Part shown: in pieces, positions 33,879-42,639 of the stretch
How the letters are laid out: the number at the start of each line of letters is the position of its first letter
Position numbering within the stretch: the stretch's first letter is position 1
From: a virus
Lineage: Duplodnaviria; Caudoviricetes
Virus record (IMG/VR): IMGVR_UViG_3300032216_001099
Coordinates: 1 to 43,825 of that record
Strand: one strand, 5' to 3'
Length of the DNA: 43,825 bases
The notes under the pieces: model-generated
Told to the model about the DNA's origin: nothing
Database searches by the model: none
Seen by the model: only the letters and a program-made list of their open reading frames with translations
Program-made: the position numbers and the translations under genes

Positions 33879-34672
33879 TAGCCGTTAGCGATAGTTAGTG
33901 AAAGCTCAGGAAGGCCAGCCGAAGTCGAGTCAGCATTGATGGCTATGCACAAACATGCCGTGTCTGTGATCTTTGGCATACCTACCCGTAGATAATCGTG
34001 CAGATCCCCAAAATTGGCCAACGGCACGCGGCCTGTCCACAGCGGGCGGATCACCAAAATGTTGAACGTGCCGACCGTCGCAACAGACCCCACAACGCCC
34101 GACACGGCTTGCACGCCAGAATCGCCGGCCTGCAAAGGAAGCTGCCACATCCTACCCACAGTATTGGCCGCTGTTGCCACGGTGCCGGTGCTGCGGCCCG
34201 TCGTGCCCGATTGGTTGGTGTATGTCACCGCGACGTTTTGAATGCCCGTGGCGGCTGTTACTTGCTCCAACCAAAGTTCCGTTCCGCTAAAATCGGTGCC
34301 GCCCGGAACACGCGTCGAATACGATGTAGAGGTGTTGCCGGTAGTTGAGGCATTGAACGCATACGCCCCGGCTTTCCACAACATGTCAAAAACCATGATT
34401 CTGCTAGCAACCGAGTTGGCAAACTCGACGTTGGTTAAATAGCCCAGCGCACTGCCGCCGAACGTATTGACCAACCCCGCGCCCAAGGTTGTGTCATCAG
34501 GCACAACGCCCGTCGTCGTGTTGGTCCCGGCAAGCGTACCTGCGCCCGGGTCGCCGGCGACATCAAACATAGAAAACCAACCGCTAGCTACGGTCGTGCG
34601 CGCTCCAGTTTTTTTGAGCGAAAGGCGCTGCTTTGACGATGCAATCAGCGTGTCAAGCGTCGTAATGGCCAT
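33878..34672 (-). CDS. 264-aa putative virion structural protein
   Basis: Thr/Gly-rich; VTYTNQSGTTGR and LPLQAGDSGV motifs are common in phage tail-region proteins; coupled to the fibre gene. Confidence 0.75.
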   Translation of the reverse strand: MAITTLDTLIASSKQRLSLKKTGARTTVASGWFSMFDVAGDPGAGTLAGTNTTTGVVPDDTTLGAGLVNTFGGSALGYLTNVEFANSVASRIMVFDMLWKAGAYAFNASTTGNTSTSYSTRVPGGTDFSGTELWLEQVTAATGIQNVAVTYTNQSGTTGRSTGTVATAANTVGRMWQLPLQAGDSGVQAVSGVVGSVATVGTFNILVIRPLWTGRVPLANFGDLHDYLRVGMPKITDTACLCIAINADSTSAGLPELSLTIANG

Positions 34673-34675
34673 GCT

Positions 34676-34885
34676 CTAAGTCTCCAACCACTCAACTGCG
34701 TCAAGCAGCATTTGCGCGTAACTGCGAAGTTCGTCGGTGCTGCGCCAGTCTGTTCTGACCTCAACATACCCAGCACCGACGCCTTTATCGACAACAACAA
34801 CAAATCTGGGATCGTCTTGCGATGGGTGATAGCAGGCGCGACGTAAACCTACGTCGCTGTCTGCTACCGTTACCGCGTCAGACAT
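34676..34885 (-). CDS. 69-aa hypothetical protein
   Basis: Exactly fills the gap between two co-oriented genes (2-3 nt spacers). Confidence 0.65.
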   Translation of the reverse strand: MSDAVTVADSDVGLRRACYHPSQDDPRFVVVVDKGVGAGYVEVRTDWRSTDELRSYAQMLLDAVEWLET

Positions 34886-34887
34886 TA

Positions 34888-35346
34888 TTAGTTGTCGATC
34901 GTAATGCTCAGCGCAGCAGCAGCGAAAGCCGGCGCAGCATCGTTGGCATTCACGGTTTTGTTAGTCGTCAACTGACCATAAAAAAGCAAGTTGCCGCCCG
35001 TCGAGGCATCGTAGATTCCAAAATACTGGATCGTTCCCCACGCAGTGCTGCCGGGCGCGTTGAACGTGATCGCGTTGTTGTTGCTGGTAGTGCCGCTGGT
35101 CCCAGTTGTAGACGCCACGGTGGTCCCCGCACCCTGAGTGCTGGCCCAGTTGGCCAACGAGCCAGCCACAGCATACCGTGCGTAGTTGGTGCCAGTAGTT
35201 GAAACTTCGGTGCCGCCGCCCGCATCAGTCAAGGTCGTAGCCGAAGTAAACAGGGCAACGTACAGCGTGCCGGGGAAGGTGTACGCCTGCCCACGGAAGA
35301 TCTGATCGATCAATTTGTTTTCGAGATAATCTGACATCGCAGCCAT
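34888..35346 (-). CDS. 152-aa small virion structural protein (fibre-associated type)
   Basis: MSDYLENKL...LYVALFT...NYAR...WGTI..FGIYDASTGGNLL motif set. Confidence 0.8.
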   Translation of the reverse strand: MAAMSDYLENKLIDQIFRGQAYTFPGTLYVALFTSATTLTDAGGGTEVSTTGTNYARYAVAGSLANWASTQGAGTTVASTTGTSGTTSNNNAITFNAPGSTAWGTIQYFGIYDASTGGNLLFYGQLTTNKTVNANDAAPAFAAAALSITIDN

Positions 35347-35364
35347 GGCTACACCCTCATTTAA

Positions 35365-36045
35365 TTAAATGCCACCGTACGCCACGACGCGTACTTTATG
35401 TTTGTATCGTTCTTTCTCCGCTTTGGCTAAAGAGCAATACGCTTCAAAATCGGCTTTCTCTTGCTGAGATCGAGCCTTATCAAATGTCTCGGCATCCTGC
35501 TTTGAATAAGCAAGGTGCCTCATCCACTTAAGGAAATGAAAATGGTGATGCGGCTTAACGCCCTCAAAAGTCTGACCGCCATCTGAAATAGTCGTGCGCG
35601 GCAGACGATCGATCACAAGTTTTACGGTGTACGTCGTATCAGGGATGTTCACCCACCGTACGGCGTCGGCTTGCATGCCGATCACCATGTATCTAACTTT
35701 ACCTTTAGATACTGTCGAATTTAGAGTCCTGAGCATTCCGTAATCTTCGTCGCTCAGGCTGTCCAGATCTTGCGCGTTGATGACCTTAACCTTGTCGCCT
35801 GACGGATCTAGTGTTGCCGTACGAACAACTAGAATACTTGGATCAAGCGCCGCCGTGGCTTGGTTAGCCGTCGCAGTAACTGTACAAGCACTGCTGGTAA
35901 AATCAGGAATACCGCCGGTAAGCCGCACAAACATGTAATACGCGTCGTTCATGTACGCGTATGTCTCATCATCGCTCCACAGATACGGCGCTGCCGTATC
36001 CATTACATCCGAGCGGAATAAGTCGTACAGCTCGTCAGAAGTCAC
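35365..36045 (-). CDS. 226-aa probable head-tail adaptor/connector
   Basis: FRSDV.D...PYLWSD.E...YMNDA N-terminus and AY.KQDAETFD; position after the capsid genes; GTGA overlap. Confidence 0.65.
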   Translation of the reverse strand: MTSDELYDLFRSDVMDTAAPYLWSDDETYAYMNDAYYMFVRLTGGIPDFTSSACTVTATANQATAALDPSILVVRTATLDPSGDKVKVINAQDLDSLSDEDYGMLRTLNSTVSKGKVRYMVIGMQADAVRWVNIPDTTYTVKLVIDRLPRTTISDGGQTFEGVKPHHHFHFLKWMRHLAYSKQDAETFDKARSQQEKADFEAYCSLAKAEKERYKHKVRVVAYGGI

Positions 36046-36425
36046 GCAGATTCGGCCTTCAACTGGTTATATTTCTGCCACGCTTCGTCGCGTTCGGTGT
36101 TATACACTTCAAAACCGACAATCGAAATCAAGCGTTTGCAATGCGGCATGTTGCTGGCGGTGAAATCACCTCGCTCGTCGCGGGCGATCATCAAATCAAA
36201 CGCAGCAAAGAGCTTTGCCTCTCGCTCTTGAGGGGTTAGATATACCGGCGGTGCAGATTCGTCGCCAAGTACATCCGCTACGCTTTCTTCAGGAATCGCC
36301 CCAATAGCAATCGCGTCAGGAACGCATTCTGGCGTTACCCATACAGGCTCGCCTTTAACAAAATTAAACGACCGACCTTTGGTGGTCTGTAATGCGTAAT
36401 TCCGATGCAAAGTAAAAAACGGCAT
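36042..36425 (-). CDS. 127-aa hypothetical virion-associated protein
   Basis: GGAGG RBS; in operon. Confidence 0.8.
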   Translation of the reverse strand: MPFFTLHRNYALQTTKGRSFNFVKGEPVWVTPECVPDAIAIGAIPEESVADVLGDESAPPVYLTPQEREAKLFAAFDLMIARDERGDFTASNMPHCKRLISIVGFEVYNTERDEAWQKYNQLKAESA

Positions 36426-36440
36426 AAAGCCTCCAATTAG

Positions 36441-36475
36441 TTAAAGAAGTAAGGGGGCTATACAAGCCCCCTTAC
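36441..36475 (-). terminator. intrinsic terminator after the capsid/decoration genes
   Basis: 11-bp perfect stem GTAAGGGGGCT/AGCCCCCTTAC, 5-nt loop, followed by TTCTTT on the minus strand. Confidence 0.85.
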
Positions 36476-36486
36476 CGTAACTACCG

Positions 36487-36936
36487 TTAAAGAATCACGG
36501 TTTCGTTCATGCGGCCGTCGAGGGTATACGCCACGCGAACGCGGAATTTACCGGCCGTGGCGTTGACGGTATTCGCAATCGTAATGCGGACGTTCCCACC
36601 GGTGTTAGCTGAAGAATTGTAGCCTAAACCGGTCAAAGCAGTGCGACCAGCCGACAACACCGAAGTTGCGGCCAAAAACGCCGTAGCCGAAACGACGTTA
36701 CCGACCGACACGGTGTAGGCCGAGGAGCCCGTAGCAACGGTTTCGACAATAAGTTCACCGCCCGTGATAATCGCGCCCACAGGCATGGGAATCACTTCAA
36801 AGGTGCCAGCATCAGCAGCCGTCGACCCAAAAGTCTTGGTGACGCCGTTAACGTCAACCATCGTATCGTTGTAGTTGAACACAAACTCAGCGATCAACGG
36901 ATACTGAGCAGTACGAGTAGCAATAAGTTTTGCCAT
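36487..36936 (-). CDS. 149-aa probable capsid decoration/minor capsid protein
   Basis: AAGGAG RBS; beta-rich with P.GAII.GG motif; lies between the capsid gene and the terminator. Confidence 0.7.
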   Translation of the reverse strand: MAKLIATRTAQYPLIAEFVFNYNDTMVDVNGVTKTFGSTAADAGTFEVIPMPVGAIITGGELIVETVATGSSAYTVSVGNVVSATAFLAATSVLSAGRTALTGLGYNSSANTGGNVRITIANTVNATAGKFRVRVAYTLDGRMNETVIL

Positions 36937-36958
36937 GATAATTCTCCTTTAGTTCGGC

Positions 36959-38068
36959 TTACTGCGCGCAGTAAACGGAAATGACGCCGTGGTCTTCGAC
37001 AGTACCGCCGGAATACTGGGTGTAGAACTGCGGCTTCAGGAAGCCGAGGATCTTGGACACCGAGATACCCTGCTGGTTGTCGTAGTCAAAGCCTTTCTCG
37101 ACCCATTCCGGAGCGCCAATGTCGGCCATGGCCAATGCCTGCGCGCCGCAGAACAAAATCTGGCAACCTTCGACCGAGCCGCCGCCGTACTTGGCCGTGG
37201 CAAGGCGGGTATTAGGGACGTGACGGAACTCGTGGAAGTAAATGCCGTCAATCTTGACCGAAGAGCCGGAAAACAAATTGTTGCCGTCGCCGCGCGGTTG
37301 AGCGTGACGAACGTTCAACAGATAAGTGGAATCAAGCTTAAGCCGCGCCATCGCCTGCGGGCTCAAAAAGCAATGATACGTTTCGTCGCCGCCGGCTTCT
37401 TTGACGCCACGAATGTAGTTGTCTTTGGCGTAAGCCTTAAGCTGTACAAACAACTCCCACGACGGAAGGTCAGTCGCAGCAACCGCACTTGATCCGGTGC
37501 CCCAAACAAGCGACTTAGTGGAGCTAGTGCCGTCCCAACGAGCATAACGCTTGCTAGAAGGCGATTTGATGTCCGCCGCAAATTCAAGGCCAACCAGATC
37601 CGAGCCAACGCGAGTGCCGCCGGAATTTTTCACGCTGTACTGAATGCCGGCCATGGTGAGAAACGCCAGCTGATCGATACGGTCGGCAAGCCAGTAAGCC
37701 AGCACGTTGCGCGAATTGTTGCGGAACTCAACGATCGACTTCTGATCGGCCATACGGCCTTCGTGACGATTGGCGTGACGCAGCTGATCGACCCGGATAA
37801 CCTGGTCGTAGCTCTTCATCGCTTCTTCGTTACCTTCCAGCGTGCGGTCGCCTGCAATGCCGTCGCCTTCAAGATCGGTCAGCAGCGTGATAACTGCGCG
37901 GGCGCCTTTATCAGATTTCTTCAGCTCAGTGATGTGCTGAACGATGCTGTTAGCGTCTTTGCCAAGGAACTGGTTGATGAAGCTGTAGTTGCGAGCCTGC
38001 TTCCACATGTCCATGGACCAGATAGTCTTCTGCTCGGTGGTGAGCAAACCAAAATTAGTCAGAGCCAT
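36959..38068 (-). CDS. major capsid protein, N4-gp56-like family
   Basis: LEGNEEAM, DQLRHA, EKGFDYDNQ.GI motifs; 369 aa; downstream of portal and scaffold; AGGAG RBS. Confidence 0.9.
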   Translation of the reverse strand: MALTNFGLLTTEQKTIWSMDMWKQARNYSFINQFLGKDANSIVQHITELKKSDKGARAVITLLTDLEGDGIAGDRTLEGNEEAMKSYDQVIRVDQLRHANRHEGRMADQKSIVEFRNNSRNVLAYWLADRIDQLAFLTMAGIQYSVKNSGGTRVGSDLVGLEFAADIKSPSSKRYARWDGTSSTKSLVWGTGSSAVAATDLPSWELFVQLKAYAKDNYIRGVKEAGGDETYHCFLSPQAMARLKLDSTYLLNVRHAQPRGDGNNLFSGSSVKIDGIYFHEFRHVPNTRLATAKYGGGSVEGCQILFCGAQALAMADIGAPEWVEKGFDYDNQQGISVSKILGFLKPQFYTQYSGGTVEDHGVISVYCAQ

Positions 38069-38207
38069 ATTGGCGATCTCCTAAATAAAACAAAGAGTAG
38101 AAATTTTATTTGCACCGTAGCTTTATCGCCGCTACTCGCGAGGAGAACGCCCGTAACGTGGGTGACCCGAAACCTTGTGTCGCCAAGGTTTGCAGCGAAG
38201 TGATTGG

Positions 38208-38237
38208 ATTGTAGTTAGATAGCTTTAGAGTCGTCAA
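38208..38237 (-). promoter_or_regulatory. sigma70-like promoter for the capsid gene
   Basis: TTGACG-N18-TACAAT on the minus strand, just downstream of a terminator. Confidence 0.6.
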
Positions 38238-38253
38238 CAAGTAATTGACACCA

Positions 38254-38280
38254 CAAAAAGAACACCCCCTTTCGGGGGTG
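38254..38280 (-). terminator. intrinsic terminator after the scaffold gene
   Basis: CACCCCC-GAAA-GGGGGTG followed by TTCTTTTTG on the minus strand. Confidence 0.85.
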
Positions 38281-38313
38281 AATGCTGGGGGAGCAAACGA
38301 GAGCGGGTTTAGT

Positions 38314-39216
38314 TTACACAAAATCACCGCGCATTTCAGAAAGCTTGGATTCGGGCAGTTTTACAAAATCGTCCCAATTCATTTTCATGATAGCCGACGC
38401 ATCAAGAGCGCCGCCCTGCTTATCATGATCAACGCCGACGTCTTTAGTAGTCGGGGGCTGTTTAGATTTTGCGTCCATCGCTTTAGACACCGCAGCTTCC
38501 TTGCGCCGCATGCCAATGTCTTCAGCTTTGCCGATGTTGATTGCCGATCTTGAATCCGGTTTTCCTAGAATAGTTTCAACAGCTTCGCGCAACGCATTGG
38601 TCGCACTCATCCGCTCATTCTGCATCAACCCGGTCATGTACGCCTGCACTCGTCGCACCGCAGTTTGATCGTAATCAGGATGTTCAGGATTGATCGCGGG
38701 GTAATCAGCTTCCGTTCGCTGAACCGCCGCGTCATATCGAACTTCTTCCTTAACAGCGGTCTTGGCGTTGTCAGCTTTGAATTCAGCTTTACGTTCGGAA
38801 ATCGCTTCCTTAACGTCAAGAATCCGTTCCATCAAATCAGACGCTTTTTCGAGTTCGCCGTCCGCCAACAGAGACGTATGCTGCTTGATCATGGCCTTAA
38901 TGGCTTTTTGAGCCTCGGCAAAATCGTCAGCAACGGCTTTCTGCTGATCACGAGCTTCGTACTCGCGCAGTCGATTCGCTAACGCTTCCTTCTCAGTGCG
39001 CTCTTTGCGCACCGCTTCGTCAAAGCGGTCTTTCGGGATAAACCGGCCTTTGTCGTCACGAAGTTGCTCTTCCCCGGCTACTGGCTCGGCAACTTGTTCC
39101 TCAAGTTTAAGCTCTTCTTCAGGCGGAGCCGGAGGGGCTTCCTGAACTGCTGCCGGTGCGTCAACCCCAGTCGGGGCAAAATTATCGCCCCGATCCAAAT
39201 CGTTTTCGTCTGCCAC
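38314..39216 (-). CDS. capsid scaffolding protein
   Basis: Acidic disordered N-terminus, RDDKGRFIPKDRFDE, coiled coil; between portal and capsid; GTG start with AAGGAG. Confidence 0.8.
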   Translation of the reverse strand: MADENDLDRGDNFAPTGVDAPAAVQEAPPAPPEEELKLEEQVAEPVAGEEQLRDDKGRFIPKDRFDEAVRKERTEKEALANRLREYEARDQQKAVADDFAEAQKAIKAMIKQHTSLLADGELEKASDLMERILDVKEAISERKAEFKADNAKTAVKEEVRYDAAVQRTEADYPAINPEHPDYDQTAVRRVQAYMTGLMQNERMSATNALREAVETILGKPDSRSAINIGKAEDIGMRRKEAAVSKAMDAKSKQPPTTKDVGVDHDKQGGALDASAIMKMNWDDFVKLPESKLSEMRGDFV

Positions 39217-41492
39217 TATTTACTCTCCTTTGGTTTAGATTGCTTTGCCGCAGCTTGTTCTTTTTGCATGTTCATTGTCAACTCATGGTTTTGCGCAGCT
39301 TGCGTCATCCCCATTTCGTGTTTGGCAGCGCCTTGCTCCATCCCCATCTCATGCTGCGCTCGCTGCATCTCCATCTGATTCTGTGCGGCGTCTGCTTTGA
39401 CAGCCGACTGAATATGCGTCTGCTCAACCTTAGCCTGAGTCTGGATCTGCGTTGCCTGAATCTTCATATCAAGCTCTTGCTTCTTAAGAGCCAGCTCTTG
39501 ACGTTTGAAATCCAGCTCCATCCGCATGCGCTGCATTTCAAGTTCAGCTTCTTGGCGTTTAACGTCCATCTCCAGCTGCATCTTCTGCATCTCAGCTGGG
39601 TTGCCCTGCGCCTCGTTCTGCGCGCGGGCGTTCTCCATCTGAGTTTTCGCTTGTTTGAGCCCGGCGTCAGATTCGATTCGAGCAGCTTCGGCTTTAAGAT
39701 TGGCCAACTCGAGCTCTGCCTGCATTTTCTGCATCTGCTGCTGATACTGCGCTTCCGGCGTCTGCGAGGCGTCACGCATCTGCTTGATGATCTCGCCGCG
39801 TTTGTTAAGGCGAGAGTTTTCGATGAGCACGTCATCAGGAATTTTGACGCCCAATTCTCGCAACGACACCGCCTGCTCAAACTGACTGTCTTCAAGCGTT
39901 TCGCGATGCGGTGTGCTCGAAACTATGACGTCAAATTCGCCAACCGTCAGGTCGTTCAAAATAGTGCCTGTAGCGGGATCAGGCTGATTGACTTCAATCT
40001 GTTCCGCGTCACCGGTCACGCGGTTAGAAACAATGTTCATTATCCGTGGCTCAGTGTAGTACTCCTGCACAATAGACAGGATATTACGCGCCAGCAGGTA
40101 ATCGGTTCGGGCGATGCCGTCTAACGGTTTAGACAAGTTAAGGCTGCCGCGACTTTGGTTCGCCGCAACGGCTTTTGCCGACACGTCTTCGCGGGCGTTG
40201 CCGGACATGTAGTCCGTAACACCGGAAATGCTTTTGATATGTTCTTCAGCTTTGTAGCTGAATCGATCCAATCCCGACGGCGTCTGGTTTGGATTGATCT
40301 TCTGAACTACATCGCCTGGCGAGCCTTCGACTTCAAGCACCAAACCCGTTTCGGCCCCGCGCTGCTCCAGCTCTTCAATGGTGATGTTCCGCAGGCGTCC
40401 GGTTTGAACAATCCACCCGCTATTGGCCGTCGTGTTGATGACGTGCAGCTCTTGGCTTGTGACTTTGTTCAGGTATTCCTGCGGGCCGAGCAAATTCTCA
40501 ACTAGGCCGACAGTTTTGCCACGGCGAAAATATGGGAAATACGGCACCACAGTGTAGTGCTGGTACGGACTCCAATCGTCGTGCAGCACTACGTTGTCGG
40601 CGGTCACAGTCCAACGGATTCGTTTAACCAGTTTCTTGGTGACGCCCAAGCCATACTGTTGAGAGATCATCTGAATCTTGGCTTCGTCCCAAGCTTCAGG
40701 AATCGGGCGCATGTCGCCGGTTTTGAGATCTACAAAATGCTTCTGGTTATCCAGCTTCTTCCACTGCCGTTCAATCACGCGGATGTTACGAATAACGTCC
40801 CCCTGATCCCACGGGCCTAAGTAGTATCCCTTATTGTAATAGAAGCCAAAACGATCTCGTTCTCGCTCAATCGAATCGTAGCCGTATGGAAAAAATGACG
40901 CATCGCGCGATTTGAGGTATTCAGCGTCAGCTTTGCTGTACAGCAGCGCGATGTCCTGCCAAGTCATCCACTTCGTAACAAAGACATCGTTCCAGGTATC
41001 CGGGTCGTATTCTTCAGCGTCAGGATCAATGAGCACGTTCTTGGGGTTCAAATGATCGATCTTGACCTCGCCCATCATCGAGTCAGTGAAATCCAACCGT
41101 ACGTCGTAAAACCCACGGCTGGTGATGATGCCATCGCAAAATACGTCGCTGCGTTTCCAATCCAGTTGGTTCGCATCCGAAATCTGCCGAAACACTTTAG
41201 TCAGCGTTTCCGCTAACTCAGCAGGGGCGCCAGAACGCGGCTGAAACGAAATGTCAGACCGGTTGTGGATCTGCTCACCCAACACATTACTGATAGTAGA
41301 AATGATTTTGTTGATAGTGAGTGCCGGCCGGCGTTGCGCGTTCAGCAACGCTACGTCGTTCGGATCCCATTGCTGACCGATAAAATAGTTATTGCATTTA
41401 TCAGCCTTGTTAACAAAATCAGCATGCCCGTTGTCTCGCACAAACTGATAGCGCATCCATTGATGCTGCGTAGCGGTTGTATCTACGGGCAT
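39216..41492 (-). CDS. portal protein, P22-like (758 aa)
   Basis: GQQW...RPALTINKI, IDPDA.EYD, PQEYLNK and a long Gln-rich C-terminal coiled coil; start reassigned to the ATG at 41492. Confidence 0.9.
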   Translation of the reverse strand: MPVDTTATQHQWMRYQFVRDNGHADFVNKADKCNNYFIGQQWDPNDVALLNAQRRPALTINKIISTISNVLGEQIHNRSDISFQPRSGAPAELAETLTKVFRQISDANQLDWKRSDVFCDGIITSRGFYDVRLDFTDSMMGEVKIDHLNPKNVLIDPDAEEYDPDTWNDVFVTKWMTWQDIALLYSKADAEYLKSRDASFFPYGYDSIERERDRFGFYYNKGYYLGPWDQGDVIRNIRVIERQWKKLDNQKHFVDLKTGDMRPIPEAWDEAKIQMISQQYGLGVTKKLVKRIRWTVTADNVVLHDDWSPYQHYTVVPYFPYFRRGKTVGLVENLLGPQEYLNKVTSQELHVINTTANSGWIVQTGRLRNITIEELEQRGAETGLVLEVEGSPGDVVQKINPNQTPSGLDRFSYKAEEHIKSISGVTDYMSGNAREDVSAKAVAANQSRGSLNLSKPLDGIARTDYLLARNILSIVQEYYTEPRIMNIVSNRVTGDAEQIEVNQPDPATGTILNDLTVGEFDVIVSSTPHRETLEDSQFEQAVSLRELGVKIPDDVLIENSRLNKRGEIIKQMRDASQTPEAQYQQQMQKMQAELELANLKAEAARIESDAGLKQAKTQMENARAQNEAQGNPAEMQKMQLEMDVKRQEAELEMQRMRMELDFKRQELALKKQELDMKIQATQIQTQAKVEQTHIQSAVKADAAQNQMEMQRAQHEMGMEQGAAKHEMGMTQAAQNHELTMNMQKEQAAAKQSKPKESK

Positions 41493-41494
41493 TA

Positions 41495-42277
41495 CTATCT
41501 TCCCCTTTGCGTCATGCTGTTGAACGGCATAAACGTAACTTGCGCGCCTGGTTCTTTTTCTGCGAAATACTTCCGCAGATCTTCCGGCGTCTGCCACTGC
41601 ATCACGGTGGCAGACGGTAAATAGCGAACACCGTTCTGCGACCTCTGCCATTGCCCGCCCATGTTTCCGTCGACTCCGTGATACATGGACTCGTCGCTAA
41701 ACGTTGTGTGGTTGGGCTTCTTGTAGCGGTCAGTGCCGTGGCCGTTTGCAGCAAACGTCTGGCCGTCTTTCCAAAACCCGCGCAGATCATAATCAAACAC
41801 GTCGCCGGTTCGTTTATTGGCGGCGGCCCATGCTTGATAGTCTTTCTCTTCCTGCGGGTTAAGCTGAGTGTTGTAGCGATTGGTAAAATCGGGGCGAGTA
41901 CGCGCAGGTTTGGTGTTGGGCAGTTGTTCAGCTTGGCTGTTGTTATACGCGCCGCTTGCAACCATAGCCGCTAATTGCTGTCTAACTCCCTTTACGCCTT
42001 GGTCTACAACCATCGGTGCTTCTATTCTAGGTATGGTTTTCCCAAACCTGGCATACCCCGTCATTGGCATTGCATTGAATGCCGCCAGCCCCATACCAGC
42101 TACGTCGCCTTTTCCGGCGGCGGTATACATCTCGCCGATGGCGGACCCAAGGGCGGTATCGGGACTGAACGAGCGAGCAATTCGCCTCAACCCGTTTGGG
42201 TTTGTGCGCTCAAAAGCTGCGTTGTCATCCGCCCAATAGCCGCCAACAGAATCAGAGAAATCGCGCATTCCGCTCAT
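41495..42277 (-). CDS. 260-aa hypothetical protein with a conserved-looking C-terminal domain
   Basis: ATGA overlap with the upstream gene; DYDLRG...H.TD.YKKPNH.TFS.ES.Y motif. Confidence 0.75.
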   Translation of the reverse strand: MSGMRDFSDSVGGYWADDNAAFERTNPNGLRRIARSFSPDTALGSAIGEMYTAAGKGDVAGMGLAAFNAMPMTGYARFGKTIPRIEAPMVVDQGVKGVRQQLAAMVASGAYNNSQAEQLPNTKPARTRPDFTNRYNTQLNPQEEKDYQAWAAANKRTGDVFDYDLRGFWKDGQTFAANGHGTDRYKKPNHTTFSDESMYHGVDGNMGGQWQRSQNGVRYLPSATVMQWQTPEDLRKYFAEKEPGAQVTFMPFNSMTQRGR

Positions 42278-42639
42278 TTGAGGAACTTCAATTTGTATTG
42301 TGTCTCACGAATCAGGGCCATAATCTCGTCAATGATGTTCTGAAGGTACGTGTCGTCTTTGTCGCAGATGCCGTACCGGCTGGCTTCAATCCACAACGAC
42401 AAATCGTCGAGCAGCCCCAACGGAGTTTCCGGCATGGTAAATGTAGGCGGGTAATCTTCGATTATTCCGTAGTCGCCTTGATATACCTCGGCAAACTTGT
42501 CGGTGAGCGGGATAATCTCTTCATAAAATTCGTTCAGGGCTTTATGCACCGCGTACGACCGCGTCTGCAAATGAAGCACATGCGCGTTGGTGCGGGCGTG
42601 GAAACATCGCATAACAAACTCCCCACAATTCTTGGCCAT
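42274..42639 (-). CDS. ferritin/Dps-like four-helix protein
   Basis: H.LHLQT.SYA.HKAL.EFY......D.FAE.YQG and LQNIIDEI......YKL, a Dps-like metal-ligand pattern. Confidence 0.8.
   Translation of the reverse strand: MAKNCGEFVMRCFHARTNAHVLHLQTRSYAVHKALNEFYEEIIPLTDKFAEVYQGDYGIIEDYPPTFTMPETPLGLLDDLSLWIEASRYGICDKDDTYLQNIIDEIMALIRETQYKLKFLK

Noticed and set aside
31222-33888. Long plus-strand ORFs (249 aa, 199 aa)
   Set aside because: Antisense shadows of the Ala/Thr repeat gene; no RBS or independent signal
38106-38553. Small ORFs across the scaffold-capsid spacer (73 aa minus, 102 aa plus)
   Set aside because: They cross a terminator and promoter, have weak starts and no protein-like features
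39156-40124. 322-aa plus-strand ORF
   Set aside because: Antisense to the Gln-rich portal tail; the Leu/His composition is the mirror of its codons
41493-41651. N-terminal extension of the portal in the ORF track (811 aa)
   Set aside because: Overlaps the upstream gene by >150 bp; the ATG at 41492 follows that gene's stop directly
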